A DNA stretch of 64,000 nucleotides, taken from positions 70,680,001 through 70,744,000 of the forward strand of contig NC_043003.1 of the NCBI RefSeq assembly GCF_006345805.1, in the 5' to 3' direction. Source of the DNA: Octopus sinensis. Taxonomy: Eukaryota. The translations under genes were made by a program, and so were the position numbers. Position 1 is the first letter of the stretch, and each line of letters opens with the position of its first letter. The notes under the pieces were generated by a model that was not told the DNA's origin, ran no database searches, and was given only the letters and a program-made list of their open reading frames with translations. Shown one piece after another: positions 1 to 12,279 of this stretch.

Positions 1-245
1 ATATAATCGACTTAATCCGTTTGTCTGTCCTTGTTTGTTCCCTCTGTGTTTAGCCCCTTGTGGGTAGTAAAGAAATAGGTATTTCGTCTGTCTTTACGTT
101 CTGAGTTCAAATTCTGCCGAGGTCGACTTTGCCTTTCATCCTCTCAAGATCGATAAATTAAAAACCAGTTGCGTACTGGGATCGATCTAATCGACTGGCC
201 TCCTCCCACCAAAATCGGGCCTTGTGCCTAGAGTAGAAAAGAATT
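1..245 (+). mobile_element. tRNA-derived SINE family A, dimeric form, cut by window start
   Basis: Tail-1 (ccgtttgtctgtcc...gtagtaaagaaata) joined to a second body with B-box GAGTTCAAATT, core ggtcgactttgcctttcatcc and tail-2 (gggccttgtgcctagagtagaaaag); same layout at 6139-6538 and 21154-21552. Confidence 0.85.
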
Positions 246-594
246 AGCAGCGTTACTTTTCACTCTCTCTTTAGGTCACAGCAGTAGCTCTCAACCACGG
301 TCCGCGTGGCCCTTGAGGGTTCATATTGTTTTGGGGGATTCGTATAAGATTTTGTTGTTAAAATGTATCTACAATAATTTGATTATACTTTTACAATACA
401 CAAAATACTTTTAACCATTTTATACAGTTCCTAATAATATTTATTTATAAAAATATAATTGGATTTTTTAAACATTGAATGGCTACGAGGGTCTACCCGA
501 GTAAAAGGGGAACGAAAGGGGTCCGTAGGTAAAAAATGGTTGACAACCACAGGGGTTACACGATCGTAGAGTCTGCGTAAATGTTAGGTTAGAG

Positions 595-990
595 TTGGGT
601 ATCAATATCCCTTGGTTTCTTTTTACTTTACTTGTTTCAGTCATTAGATTGTGGCCATGCTGGAGTATCGCCTTGAAAGGATTTTTAGTGGGAAAAAGTC
701 GACATTTTTTTTCAAGTCTTATACTTATTCTATCGGTCACTTTCGTGCCGAGCTGATAAGATGCGGGGACGTAAACAAACCAATACTAGTTATCAACCAA
801 TGGGGGTACAAGCACACACACTTTTATATATAGGTGTGTGTGTGATGAATTTCCGTCTAACAGATTCACTCTTAAGGCATTGGTCGGCCCAGAGCCAGGG
901 TCGAAGGGTAGAAGACACTCGCGAAAAATGTCACGCAGTGGGACTGAACCTGAGACCATGAGGCTGCAAAGAGAAATCATTAACCACACA
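595..990 (-). mobile_element. tRNA-derived SINE family B (CORE-like)
   Basis: Reverse complement matches the family seen at 32095-32530 and 57808-58190 (head ggttcagtccca, central TG repeat, tail gcatggcc...aatgactgaaacaagtaaaag). Confidence 0.8.
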
Positions 991-1235
991 GCCTGCACCG
1001 CTATTTGTGTGTATGTTGGGGGTGGGGGAATCAAAGAAAACTGGCATTTTGGGATTTTAAGGCGAATGCTGGATGGTACACAAAGGTTTGTGTGACGACA
1101 TCATTAAATCGTTGATATTATTATTGAATTGTTCAAAATATGGAGTATTCCCAATACAATGAATGGAGCAAGTGACGACGACGACGGTGGTGGTGGTGGT
1201 GGTGGTGGTATTCAGTATGATGATGATACTAAAGT

Positions 1236-1468
1236 AAGGCGGCGAGCTAGCAGAAACGTTAGCACGTCGGGCGAAATGCTTAACAGTATTTCGTCAGCCG
1301 TTACGTTGTGAGTTCAAATTCCGCCGAGGTCGACTTTACCTTTTATCCTTTCGGGGTCGATAAATTAAGTACCAGTTACGCACTGGGGTCGATGTAATCG
1401 ACTTAATACCTATGTCTGTCCTTGTTTGTCCCCTCTGTGTTTAGCCCCTTGTGGGTAATAAAGAAATA
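1236..1468 (+). mobile_element. SINE family A monomer with target-site duplication
   Basis: Head aaggcggcgagctagcagaaacgttagc, B-box gagttcaaattcc; ggtattcagtatgatgatgat occurs on both sides (1207-1227 and 1469-1489). Confidence 0.9.
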
Positions 1469-2479
1469 GGTATTCAGTATGATGATGATGAGAATGTTGA
1501 TGATGATATCCATGATGATGAGGAGGAGGAGGCAGAGGAATAGGAAGAGGGGAGTAGGAGGAGGGAGATGAGGATTGTGATGATGATGATCATGATGATG
1601 ATGACGACGACGACGACAACGATGATCATGACGACGATGTGGAAGAAGAAGAAACAGCAGATGATGTGCAACTTACAATTAACAAAAGCAATTAGGAGAG
1701 GAATCAGTGAATTGCCACGACGTAAATCTCTCAAACCGGTAATTACGAACGTGTAATCCGGGTTTAAAACAATGAAGCGTAGCTTAGCTTTTGTAAGAAA
1801 TTAATGAATCATTGTCCGAAGAAATTATTAAAATTTACCATTTAATGGGAATCTGAAGGCATCTTAGAAACCTTCTTCGGTTCTGTTTACATAAATAAAT
1901 AAAGATTAAAAATTCACTATATGGTTTCCTTTTAAATATTCGTAGCGTTAAACTATATTCAATGGCCAAATTGGGAATGAATATTCGACGTCGTTACACT
2001 TGACTATGATAAACAGGACTTCTATAATCGTTGCCAATCATAGAAGATATATGTTTGACTAAGACAGAAAGTTTGAAGATTCATAAGAGCTGCAGGCTCG
2101 TATTTATAAATAAGACTAGTGAATTGATGCGTATTTTGAATATAATTATATTTTGTCTGTCACTGTTTCGCTGGCTTTAGTTTTACCTCTGAACTGCTAC
2201 AAATGACATATCTTTTATACAATATCAACCTAGGTGAAATGGTGTGAGGATCTAACGAAGAACTTATTTAAACAATCATCTTAGGAGGCCCATTCCATAC
2301 CTTGAATGCAAGATAATAATGGTACAACATCTCACCTGTGTACTACAGGTGTGAGAATGCGTCGAAACAATAGTAGTGAATTTAAATAAAGAATTGTAAT
2401 TCCATTTTCTTGTAACCACATGTGAATCGTTGGCGAATTTTTCTTCCTTCGTCTTCCTTTTCTGTTGGATTTTCCTCTG

Positions 2480-2513
2480 TTTCTGAAGAAGAGCGTCTGC
2501 TAGAAACGTTAAA
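2480..2513 (+). ncRNA. Minimal type I hammerhead-like motif (family alpha)
   Basis: TTT-CTGAAGA-A-GAGC-GTCT-GCTA-GAAA-CGT-T-AAA; last stem II pair mismatched. Related copies at 9845, 25855, 37048. Confidence 0.5.
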
Positions 2514-2642
2514 CCATATTTCTTTCCTTCTCTGAGCGTCTGCTAATACTTTACATGTACCGTGTCCTCGCATTGTAATTGTTTTTTTCGTGCTTGTTCG
2601 TCGTTTTTTTATCTATTATATATATATATATAGATATAGATA

Positions 2643-2678
<36 letters not shown>

Positions 2679-3188
2679 TGTATGTATGTATGTATGTATA
2701 TGTATGTATGTATGTACCCATGTTTATTATTATTGATGTGCACTTTATATTATGTTATAGCCCTTCTTGGGTCGCATTGAGCCCAATGAGATCGCGTAAT
2801 GCAGGAAGTTTAACGTGATTTCTAAGATGATTCGTAACCACAATTGTAAATTTGTCTAGAATCGAGCGCATCCGTATATGTGTGTGTGTGTGTGTAAATA
2901 CATACAATATACATATGCATATGTACATCAGTGCCGTATACTCGTGTATTTTTTAACACTAAACATTTGAGTTTTCTTTTCCAGACCTACAATTCTATCA
3001 CACTTACAAGCGTTAACAAGACATTTACATTCAGGGATATTGATCGTGTTTACATTATTCAGCTGTTTCTAGTGCAAACTTTGAATTTTGCTCTACTTGT
3101 ACGGCGCTACTGCACATTGATTTTACACTAGTTGTATATACGTCCAGTTGGCGATTCGATATTATTTCGGAAGCAGGGTGAGCATACA

Positions 3189-3230
3189 GCACTGATGAGC
3201 AGAAAAGAACTTCGAAATATCGATATCTGC
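3189..3230 (+). ncRNA. Type I hammerhead ribozyme motif
   Basis: GCA-CTGATGA(3192-3198)-GCAG..CTTC-GAAA(3214-3217); palindromic stem III ATATCGATAT; C3227 as cleavage base (AUC); TGC closes stem I. Confidence 0.65.
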
Positions 3231-3421
3231 CAAAGTGTGCGTGTGTGTGTGTGTATGTGTGTGTATACATACATCTACATATATGTGTGTATATATATAT
3301 ATGTATACATATTCATAGATACACACGTACAGACACACAAACACACATATATATACAAATATATATACATATATATAGTATAGCATAATATATGATATAA
3401 TATATATATATATATATATAT

Positions 3422-3466
<45 letters not shown>

Positions 3467-3662
3467 AGTAGTTGAATGAATTATCCTAGTATGGATAATT
3501 CGGTTAACCAATACCTGGGCAGCAAATTCACGTCAGAAAAACACGGTTGAAGCTACATGCCAAGGGCAGAGATCAAGTCGTTTCATGTGGAAATTTGTGC
3601 GTTTTTTAATACAAATAAATGAAAGAATGGAGTTGAACGACGATTTAACAAAATTTCTTTCT

Positions 3663-3743
3663 TCTCGACATATGTTTCGAAGGCTGCATATTCCTAATTT
3701 CGAAGGAATAAGGGGTGCATTATGCTGCCTTCTCATCAGGAGA
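3663..3743 (-). ncRNA. Type I hammerhead ribozyme, intact core, GUC site
   Basis: Minus strand: TCTC-CTGATGA-GAAGG[CAGCATA...TATGCAG]CCTTC-GAAA-CATATGT-C-GAGA; all conserved core positions present. Confidence 0.8.
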
Positions 3744-4453
3744 GACAAGGAACTTATGTCAGCATGCACCTATAGGATTTTTCAACGTATGTAATTCCGA
3801 ACTTTTCCATATATTGTTAGCCAAATTCCCTTTAGTGAATACAATCGTTGAAAAATCCTATAGGTGCATGCACTGGCAGAAACACACCTTTCACTCATAT
3901 GAATGATGATTAATATAGATAACTTCCTTGAATTTAATAATTTGGTTCCATTTATACAACACCACAATAGACAAATGTTTATACTTATAAAGGACTACTA
4001 CCAATTCGTTGGGGTATGTTTTGCCTTTGTCTCTCTACCTCGCCCTCCTCTCTCTCTCTCTCCCTCTCTCTATCGTTATCACATTCAAACACACAGACAC
4101 AAACCTGTCACCTCACCCCCAGTTGTTTTTGACATCTACCCAACCACCCACACATAGACACGAATGCAGTTAAATACATACACACATAGGCACTCAATCT
4201 CATTAGTAATAGCAAACAACAACACATCACCATTCATATGACTTGCACCCTGTCACTTCCCTATTCTTAGATCTCTCCCCTACCAACCTGGTTTGAACTC
4301 ATGAACTTTCTAGAATCTTCTACATTCAACCATTTTTTACGTCACTGCTTATAACGGAATATTTTAAATAGACACTCATTATCGCTATGGACTCCGAGTG
4401 GGCAGTCATCTAAGAGTTTTTGTTCATCTTGATGCTGACATAAGTTCCTTGTC

Positions 4454-4534
4454 TCTCCTGGTGAGAAGGCAGCATAATGCACCCCTTATTCCTTCGAAAT
4501 TAGGAATATGCAGCCTTCGAAACATATGTCGAGA
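4454..4534 (+). ncRNA. Type I hammerhead ribozyme, inverted copy with A6-to-G core change
   Basis: TCTC-CTGGTGA-GAAGG...CCTTC-GAAA-CATATGT-C-GAGA; reverse complement of 3663-3743 except CTGGTGA. Confidence 0.7.
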
Positions 4535-5048
4535 ATAAAGGAATTTTGTTAAATCGTCGTTCAACTCCATTCTTTCATTTATATATATATATATATATAT
4601 GAAATTTCACACGTAGAAATTTATGTAAATGTAAATTTATGCATGAATAATATTATATATATGTATATATATTATGCATGCATACATTTACATTTGTACA
4701 TACAAATACAATCTAAATGCTAAATTTATCTATTAAAAAAAACCGAAACGAAATCAAATCAATGCATTGAACACAAAATTTCTCTTTTTAAATGTACTCT
4801 TGAGCGCATTTGAGGTAGAAGTGGCAAATAGTTTTACCAAATATTTCGTAAAATCTACATCGATTCCAAAATTACACTCGTTTTCCAATAATATTAGAAT
4901 CAATGAATATTTTAGAAAATCTCACCCATTCTTTCTCTCTCACGCACTCTTTTCTTCTGTATATGTGTATGTGTATATACATGCATATGCATGTATATAT
5001 GCACACGTATTTATATTTATACATATCTATATAGAAAGATAAGTAGGG

Positions 5049-5340
<292 letters not shown>

Positions 5341-5509
5341 ATAAAATCATGTTTTATGTACTTCTGGTTTTGTGAAAATAACTTGTTTTACTAATCTGAC
5401 TACGTTCAGTGTTTCGATAGCTTGACGCTTTGCTTTTATGAATAGTAATGTACTGCAGCTAAGGTGAGTTGTTGCGTTTTAAAAGGTCCATCTTTTAGCT
5501 TTTGCTTGT

Positions 5510-5830
5510 TTCAGTTATTGAACAGCAGCCATACTGAGAAGCCGCCTCGAAAAGTAGTTCGTTACTCATTCTATTGATTTCTTTTACCGAACCGCTAAGT
5601 TCCTCCGATATAAGCAAACCAACACCAGCTGTCAGGCAGTAAAGGGAAACAAACACAGACGTAGACATGACTGATATATATTCCATATACGACAGACTTC
5701 AACACAGTTTCCGTCTTGCAAATTCTGTTAGAAGGCGTTCGTCGGTCTGGGTCTTATAGTATGCCACCTGTTCAAGGTGCCGCGCAGTGCGCTGAATACG
5801 AAACGGTGTAATTTCAGAGCGAGCCATGCC
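5510..5830 (-). mobile_element. SINE family B, diverged
   Basis: cttgtttcagtt...accgaaccgctaagtt...caaggtgccgcgcagtgcg is the reverse complement of family B tail, body and head. Confidence 0.75.
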
Positions 5831-6138
5831 TGGCAATCTTACATCCATAAATTAACGAACACTCCATTCCTCTTGCAACCAGAAATGTTTTAGCTCCCAG
5901 CAATTGCTATCTCCTTATAAATTTTGAGTGAGACTCACCATAGAGCCACAACAGAGTACTGCTTCTATATATGGTTGTGTATTTCGCCATAGATGGACAT
6001 CATAAGAAGCAGACTGCTCTTGTGTCTCCTTCATTCAGGTTCACCCATCTCACCTGAGTTGCCTTTACTCGTCACTCAGATCGTACCTACGCCTCTAGTT
6101 CTCGGACTATTCACTATTTTCAGTATTATTTCCCTCGA

Positions 6139-6538
6139 AAGGCGGCGATATGGCAGAAACGTTAGCACGCCGGGCGAAATGCTTTGCAGTATTTCGTCTG
6201 CCGTTAAGTTCTGAGTTCAAATTCCGCTGAGGTCGACTTTGCCTTTCATCCTTTCGGGGTCGATTAAATAAGTACCAGTTACGCACTGGGGTCGATGTAA
6301 TCGACTTAATCCGTTTGTCTATCCTTGTTTGTCCTCTCTGTGCTTGTCACCTTGTGGGTAGTAAAGAAATAGGCATTCCGTCTGCCGTTACGTTCTGAGT
6401 TCAAATTCCGCCGTGGTCGGCTTCGCCTTTTATCCTTTTGTGGTCGATAAATTAAGTACCACTTGCTCACTGGGGTCGATCTAATCGACTTTGCCCCTCC
6501 CCCAAAATTTCGAGCCTTGTGCCTAGAGTAGAAAAGAA
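6139..6538 (+). mobile_element. SINE family A dimer with 16-bp TSD
   Basis: Flanks tattatttccctcgaa (6124-6139) and tattacttccctcgaa (6539-6554); an older diverged family A copy follows at about 6555-6775. Confidence 0.9.
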
Positions 6539-7360
6539 TATTACTTCCCTCGAATAAGGCGGCATGCCGTTAGAATCGTCAGCACGCCAGTAAAATGCTT
6601 AGCAATGTTTCGTCCATTTTCACGTTCTGAATTGAAATTCTGCAATCGTCTACTTTGGTTTTCATCCTTTCAGAATCGATAAAATATATACCAGTTAAAC
6701 ACTGGGGTCAGTGTTATCGACTTCAACTCCTTCCGTGAACTTGCTGGCCTTGTGCCAAAATTTGAATCCAGTGTTACTTCCCCAAAACATCATTTCTCCA
6801 GAGTTCTCACCATTTCCTTGGTTTCCTGCAGTCTCCGACTCGGTTATTCAAAACCAACTACAAAATCCTTAAAAGTCTCAGAAACCATTTAAAGGCTACA
6901 GGAACCGCTCTTTCTCAACATCAAACCATATAGATTTTTAACACTGAAAACTAAAAGATTTGCAGTCCAATATTCTTTTCGTATACTGATTTCGAATTTT
7001 GGCACAAGGCCAGCAATTTTGGGCGATGGGGTTGGTTGATTACATTGAACCCAGTACTCATTTGGTACTTATTTGATCGACCACGAAAGGAATGAAAGAT
7101 GAAGTCGACATCGGCGGAATTTGAACTCAAATCGGGAAGACGGATGAAATGCCAAGACCGCTGGAGGGCATTTTGTTCTTTTTTATTTTTTCGGTTTTCT
7201 TTTGCTGCAAGGAATTAAACCTTGTGATTTAATGAAGGATTCACCAACTCTGCAATGACAGCAAGATACAGTGGAAGCATCTCTCTCTCTCTCTCTCTAG
7301 GTAAAGCCTAATTATAACTAGAGATCCCGAGCCATCGTGAATGAACGGTTTTGTTTTGTA

Positions 7361-7889
7361 CGAAGTCTGATCAAAAAGTATCGGATGCTATAAGAAGAAA
7401 ACTACAACCCAAATCAATTCAGCATTTAATCCCCTTCGAAGTAGTTCCCTTCTGGAGCTGCACGCAGTATCCAGGGCCGTTTCCATTGATGGAAGCTCTC
7501 CTGGAACTCCTTTTTCAGGATAGCGAGCAGCTAATTCGTCGAATTCTCTTGGACTTCCTTGACGTCTTGAACTTCAATTTTGGAAAGATTCTTGACCGTA
7601 ATAAACTTCAAGCCGTGTCTCTTTCCACGCACGCACACACACACGTCGCGCGCGCGCATATTTTCTCTGCCATAGTCATTGACAGAACCCCCGTAGTGTG
7701 GTGAGATGACCACACGCTACACACTTCACTTCCAAGTACTGCTATATGCAACAGAAGTGAGCGAGACCATTATAGCATAATGTGCATTCCTGACAGAGTT
7801 CAAGGTCAATTTCCGCCAAGTAACTTCACTCTGCGTACTTTAGTTCTGTTACCATAGCAACAGTCCCAACACTTTTTGATCAAACCTCG
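7361..7889 (-). mobile_element. Internally deleted mariner transposon
   Basis: TIRs cgaagtctgatcaaaaagt (7361, after TA) and actttttgatcaaacctcg (ends 7889); minus strand encodes ...ESFHQWKRPW...EGNYFEGD*, a mariner transposase C-terminus. Confidence 0.85.
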
Positions 7890-8245
7890 GATGTCTTTCA
7901 CTCGGTGGAATGGTACCTCGTTCGGTTACCAAATCTCAAATCCAACTGTTTCGATTTCTTTTAGCAGTGTTCGGTACCAACCACAGGACAGTTATCTTTT
8001 ACTTGTTTCAGTCACTGGACAGAGGCCATGCTGGGGCACAACGTTGAAATCGATCCTAGTTTCTTATTTTTTATAGTTTGGTGCTTATTCTATATATATA
8101 TATATAAAAGATACCTGTCCTGTGGTTGGTACCGAACACTGCTAAAAGAAATCGAAACAGTTGGATTTGAGACTTGGTAACCGAACGAGGTACCATTCCA
8201 CCGAGTGAAAGACATCCGAGGTTTGATCAAAAAGTGTTGGGACTG
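7861..8245. repeat. 141-bp inverted duplication (7861-8001 / 8105-8245)
   Basis: Arms are reverse complements with 2 mismatches; the right arm lies inside a (TA)n tract of a family B SINE. Confidence 0.9.
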
Positions 8246-8721
8246 TATATATATATATATAATATATATATATATATATGCAGACGACGGGTTTTCCACG
8301 CAGTTTTCATGTACGGAATCCACTCGCAGAGCATTGGTTATCTCGGGACTATAGCAGATGGTCAAAGAGCCGCGCAGTGGAACTGAACCCGAAACTATGT
8401 GGTTGTAAAGCAATCTTCTTAGACGCACAGCCATGCCTGCATAAAGCAGAGGCGTTCAGTTTCGTACTGAAATAAGATGAACAAGAAAAGAAGGAGATTG
8501 CAACGCATTCTATACATGTAAAAGAGAGTCGATAGAGCTTAAATAATAAGGCGACCGAAAAGTAATGTCACGTTTCATGTAATGAGTTTAAATCAACACC
8601 AATAAACACATCAATTGCGCGCTAAAATTCCCTGACAATGAGATTACGTGAAGATTCCATTCTTATTAGTTGAAGCAACCACGAAAAGTATTATATTGCT
8701 ACAGTCCAAATTTCCTATTTG

Positions 8722-8806
<85 letters not shown>

Positions 8807-9029
8807 GCTGGCAGAAGCGTTAGCGCGCCAGGCGAAATGCTTAGCAGTATTTCGTCTGCCGTTACGTTCTGAGTTCAAATCCCGCCGAGGTCGACTTTGC
8901 CTTTCATCCTTTCGGGGTCGATAAATTAAGTACCAGTTTCGCACTGGGATTGATGTAATCGACTTAATCCGCTTGTCCGTCCTTGTTTGTCCCCTCTATG
9001 TTTAGCCCCTTGTGGGTAATAAAGAAATA
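8807..9029 (+). mobile_element. SINE family A monomer inserted in (TCTA)n
   Basis: gctggcagaagcgttagc...gagttcaaatccc...aaagaaata, flanked by TCTA repeats on both sides. Confidence 0.9.
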
Positions 9030-9084
<55 letters not shown>

Positions 9085-9093
9085 TAATCTATC

Positions 9094-9211
<118 letters not shown>

Positions 9212-9224
9212 AACATACGTACAC

Positions 9225-9445
9225 ACACATAAACCTGTTATATCTATCGACTTTTCTTCTTCCTTTTCGCATAACTTGTCAGCTGGGCATGTTATATATG
9301 TGATCCAATATCGTTTGCTTTCTTTCTCAATTAAGACTAAGTCTGGGTTCCTATTCTCTATCTCATGGTCGCAGGGAATCATAAAATCCCATATGATCTT
9401 TGCATTATCATTTTCGATGATGCCTTCGGGTTTATGCTCGTACCA
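9225..9445 (-). mobile_element. R4/Dong-like LINE fragment, restriction-like endonuclease (RLE) domain
   Basis: WYEHKPEGIIENDNAKIIWDFMIPCDHEIENRNPDLVLIEKE matches the WYEH.P..V.E....ILWD...D......PD.V pattern of R4-clade elements. Confidence 0.8.
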
Positions 9446-9455
9446 CATTTTTGCT

Positions 9456-9479
9456 ATCATCATCATCACCATCATCATC

Positions 9480-9524
<45 letters not shown>

Positions 9525-9539
9525 GCCTCATCATCAGCC

Positions 9540-9587
<48 letters not shown>

Positions 9588-9594
9588 CCATCAC

Positions 9595-9678
<84 letters not shown>

Positions 9679-9685
9679 GATTATG

Positions 9686-9727
<42 letters not shown>
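9456..9727. repeat. (ATC)n(ATT)n compound microsatellite
   Basis: Direct reading; explains the poly-His/Ser/Ile/Tyr ORFs. Confidence 0.98.
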
Positions 9728-9844
9728 GCATATCCTCTAATAACGAAAACAAAATATATATATCGGTGTTGGAGGTGATGAGGAGTTCTCAGGAATATAT
9801 ATATGCCTTGTTGACGATTTTATCTCCTTCTTTGAACTATCTCC

Positions 9845-9877
9845 TTTCCGACGAAGAGATATGCTCGAAACGTTTAA
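9845..9877 (+). ncRNA. Degenerate hammerhead-like motif (family alpha)
   Basis: TTT-CCGACGA-A-GAGA-TAT-GCTC-GAAA-CGT-T; U4-to-C core change. Confidence 0.4.
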
Positions 9878-10007
9878 CTCTCTCCTTTCAACGAAGCGTC
9901 AAGTTAATATACTTTTTGTTTATGTCCTCACGTTGTTTTTCTTCTTTGTTTCGTTTTTTTATCTGTTTACTTGAATGGTTGTTTATCTGAATTGACAATA
10001 TATTGAC

Positions 10008-10038
<31 letters not shown>

Positions 10039-10071
10039 TATACATACATACATATATATATATATGTGATG

Positions 10072-10115
<44 letters not shown>

Positions 10116-10118
<3 letters not shown>

Positions 10119-10420
10119 TCCGTACTGGTTGCATGTATTAGATTATGAGATACAAAGGACCTGAAAGTCAAATTTGTCTTCCCACGGGAGATTGCGCTAA
10201 CAGCACTCCGACCAGACATGCTTCTGCTCTCTAGGAGAGCAAAAATATCAATAGTGTTTGAATTCACAGGGCCCAGGGAGAACAGACACCGACGTTTCTC
10301 ACCAACTAAATAAAACCAAATACTAAGACTTAGTCGAGAAGGCTCTTCTCAAAAGATGGCATGCGGCGACATTCTCTATTGAAGCTGGCTGCTTGAGACA
10401 CCTGACATTGCGACAAATAC
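10116..10420 (+). mobile_element. HERO-like non-LTR retrotransposon fragment, RLE domain
   Basis: Own translation DLKVKFVFPREIALTALRPDMLLLSRRAKISIVFEFTGPREN, then frameshifted TKY*DLVE...WHA..FSIEAGC; resembles the FP.EI..T.LRPD...ELTVPWE motif of HERO-clade elements. Confidence 0.7.
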
Positions 10421-10445
10421 CGAAGAGCATATGCGGTATATATAT

Positions 10446-10510
<65 letters not shown>

Positions 10511-10888
10511 GAATAATTATAAGGCAGAATGCTAAATTGAAAGTAAATTTTAATAAAAATGGGTGTATGAAAAATTACCTGTTCAATATCGATGACTCTA
10601 TCATTATTTCAAACACTTTTCACTAATCAATTCATTGTTATGCTATGCTTGATTCTCTCCCCTTGTTTGCTGTCTCCAATAATTGTCCGCAACACCAACG
10701 GTGGTTCTTCAGAATCGTCCATCATTTTATGATTCCCGCTGGTAAGATGTTATTACTTTTCCCTCTTAACAGGCCAGCCTGTTGGAGATTAGAAATGAAA
10801 GGGTATATATATATTTACGAGCACACACGTACGATATATATATATATATATTATATATATATATATATATATAGGATGATATATGCAC

Positions 10889-10995
<107 letters not shown>

Positions 10996-11290
10996 ATATA
11001 CATATATACAGAAAAAGTTTTCACACTCGCTATATACGCCTGAGCCTATGTGTGCGTGTGTAAGAGTCGGTGTATATAATATTGCAGTTTAGCAGTTTGC
11101 TCTTCAAGGCAATAAATTTCGATTACTTTCAGATTTTAATAAGGAAAGAAGTCAATTAAACGATACGAGGAAGAATTAAGAAGTAAAACAATAACTGCTA
11201 ATCCTAAGAAGTATCGTAGGAGCCCATAGACATCTGTGGTTATCTTCCCCTGTAAATATATGCGTGTGAGCATATTTATGTGTGTGTACG

Positions 11291-11356
<66 letters not shown>

Positions 11357-11737
11357 ATAATATATATGTATATATGTATGTATGTATGTATGTATGAATG
11401 TATGTATGTATGTACGTATGTATGTATGTTTGTATGTATGTATATATATAAACATCGTGTGCATATTCCAGCCTTTTCTTTGGAAAAATAGATCAAATAG
11501 GAAATTTGGACTGTAGCAATGTAATATTTTTCGTGGTTACTTCATCTAATAAGAATGGAGTCTTCACGTAATCTCATTGTCAGGGAATTATAGCGCGTAC
11601 AGTAATGAAATTTTATATAACAAAGTTAAAAAGAATGTTCAAATACTTCCAGCAAAATGTGATACTTTTTGTGACGGGGAGGGTTTTCTCAATACTTATA
11701 AGAGAATATAATTGAATTTCTTAATATAGATAGATAG

Positions 11738-11829
<92 letters not shown>

Positions 11830-12279
11830 GGATAGATGGATGTGTATGTATGGATGTATGTACATACATGAATATATACATGCATGTATACGTGTGCATA
11901 CATATGTTCACATATATACACATTTATATATATATGCATACATTATACATATAAGCATAAATATCTTTATATATTTTCATATGTATACATAGGCACATGT
12001 TTATACATATGTATACATACATATATACTTATATATATATATGAACATACATATAAACATACATATATGTGTGTGTTTACCTCTCTGTGTGCTAGCAAAA
12101 TACCCGGCATAAAAAGTTAGTTTAAATAGCCTGGAATTGTACTTAATGTAGTCTTTTCTTTTGTATCAGCTCACTTTTGGTTTTCTCTTGAAATGTTCTG
12201 TTATATTTAAGAGCTATATACGCTTGTACTGTCGGTGTTTCTCATGATAAGGGAGATAAGTCAGGATTAAATCCGAATT

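Larger units (their letters stand above)
3615..4582. repeat. 151-bp inverted repeat pair (3615-3765 / 4432-4582) carrying hammerheads; probable Penelope-like pseudo-LTR remnant
   Basis: Arms are reverse complements with 3 mismatches counted by eye; Penelope link is inference. Confidence 0.8.

Noticed and set aside
2325-2380. Hairpin followed by GAAACAATAGTA, resembling half a hammerhead
   Set aside because: No CUGANGA-like segment found upstream.
9276-9990. Poly-His/Ser/Ile/Tyr ORFs
   Set aside because: Translations of (ATC)n(ATT)n microsatellite.
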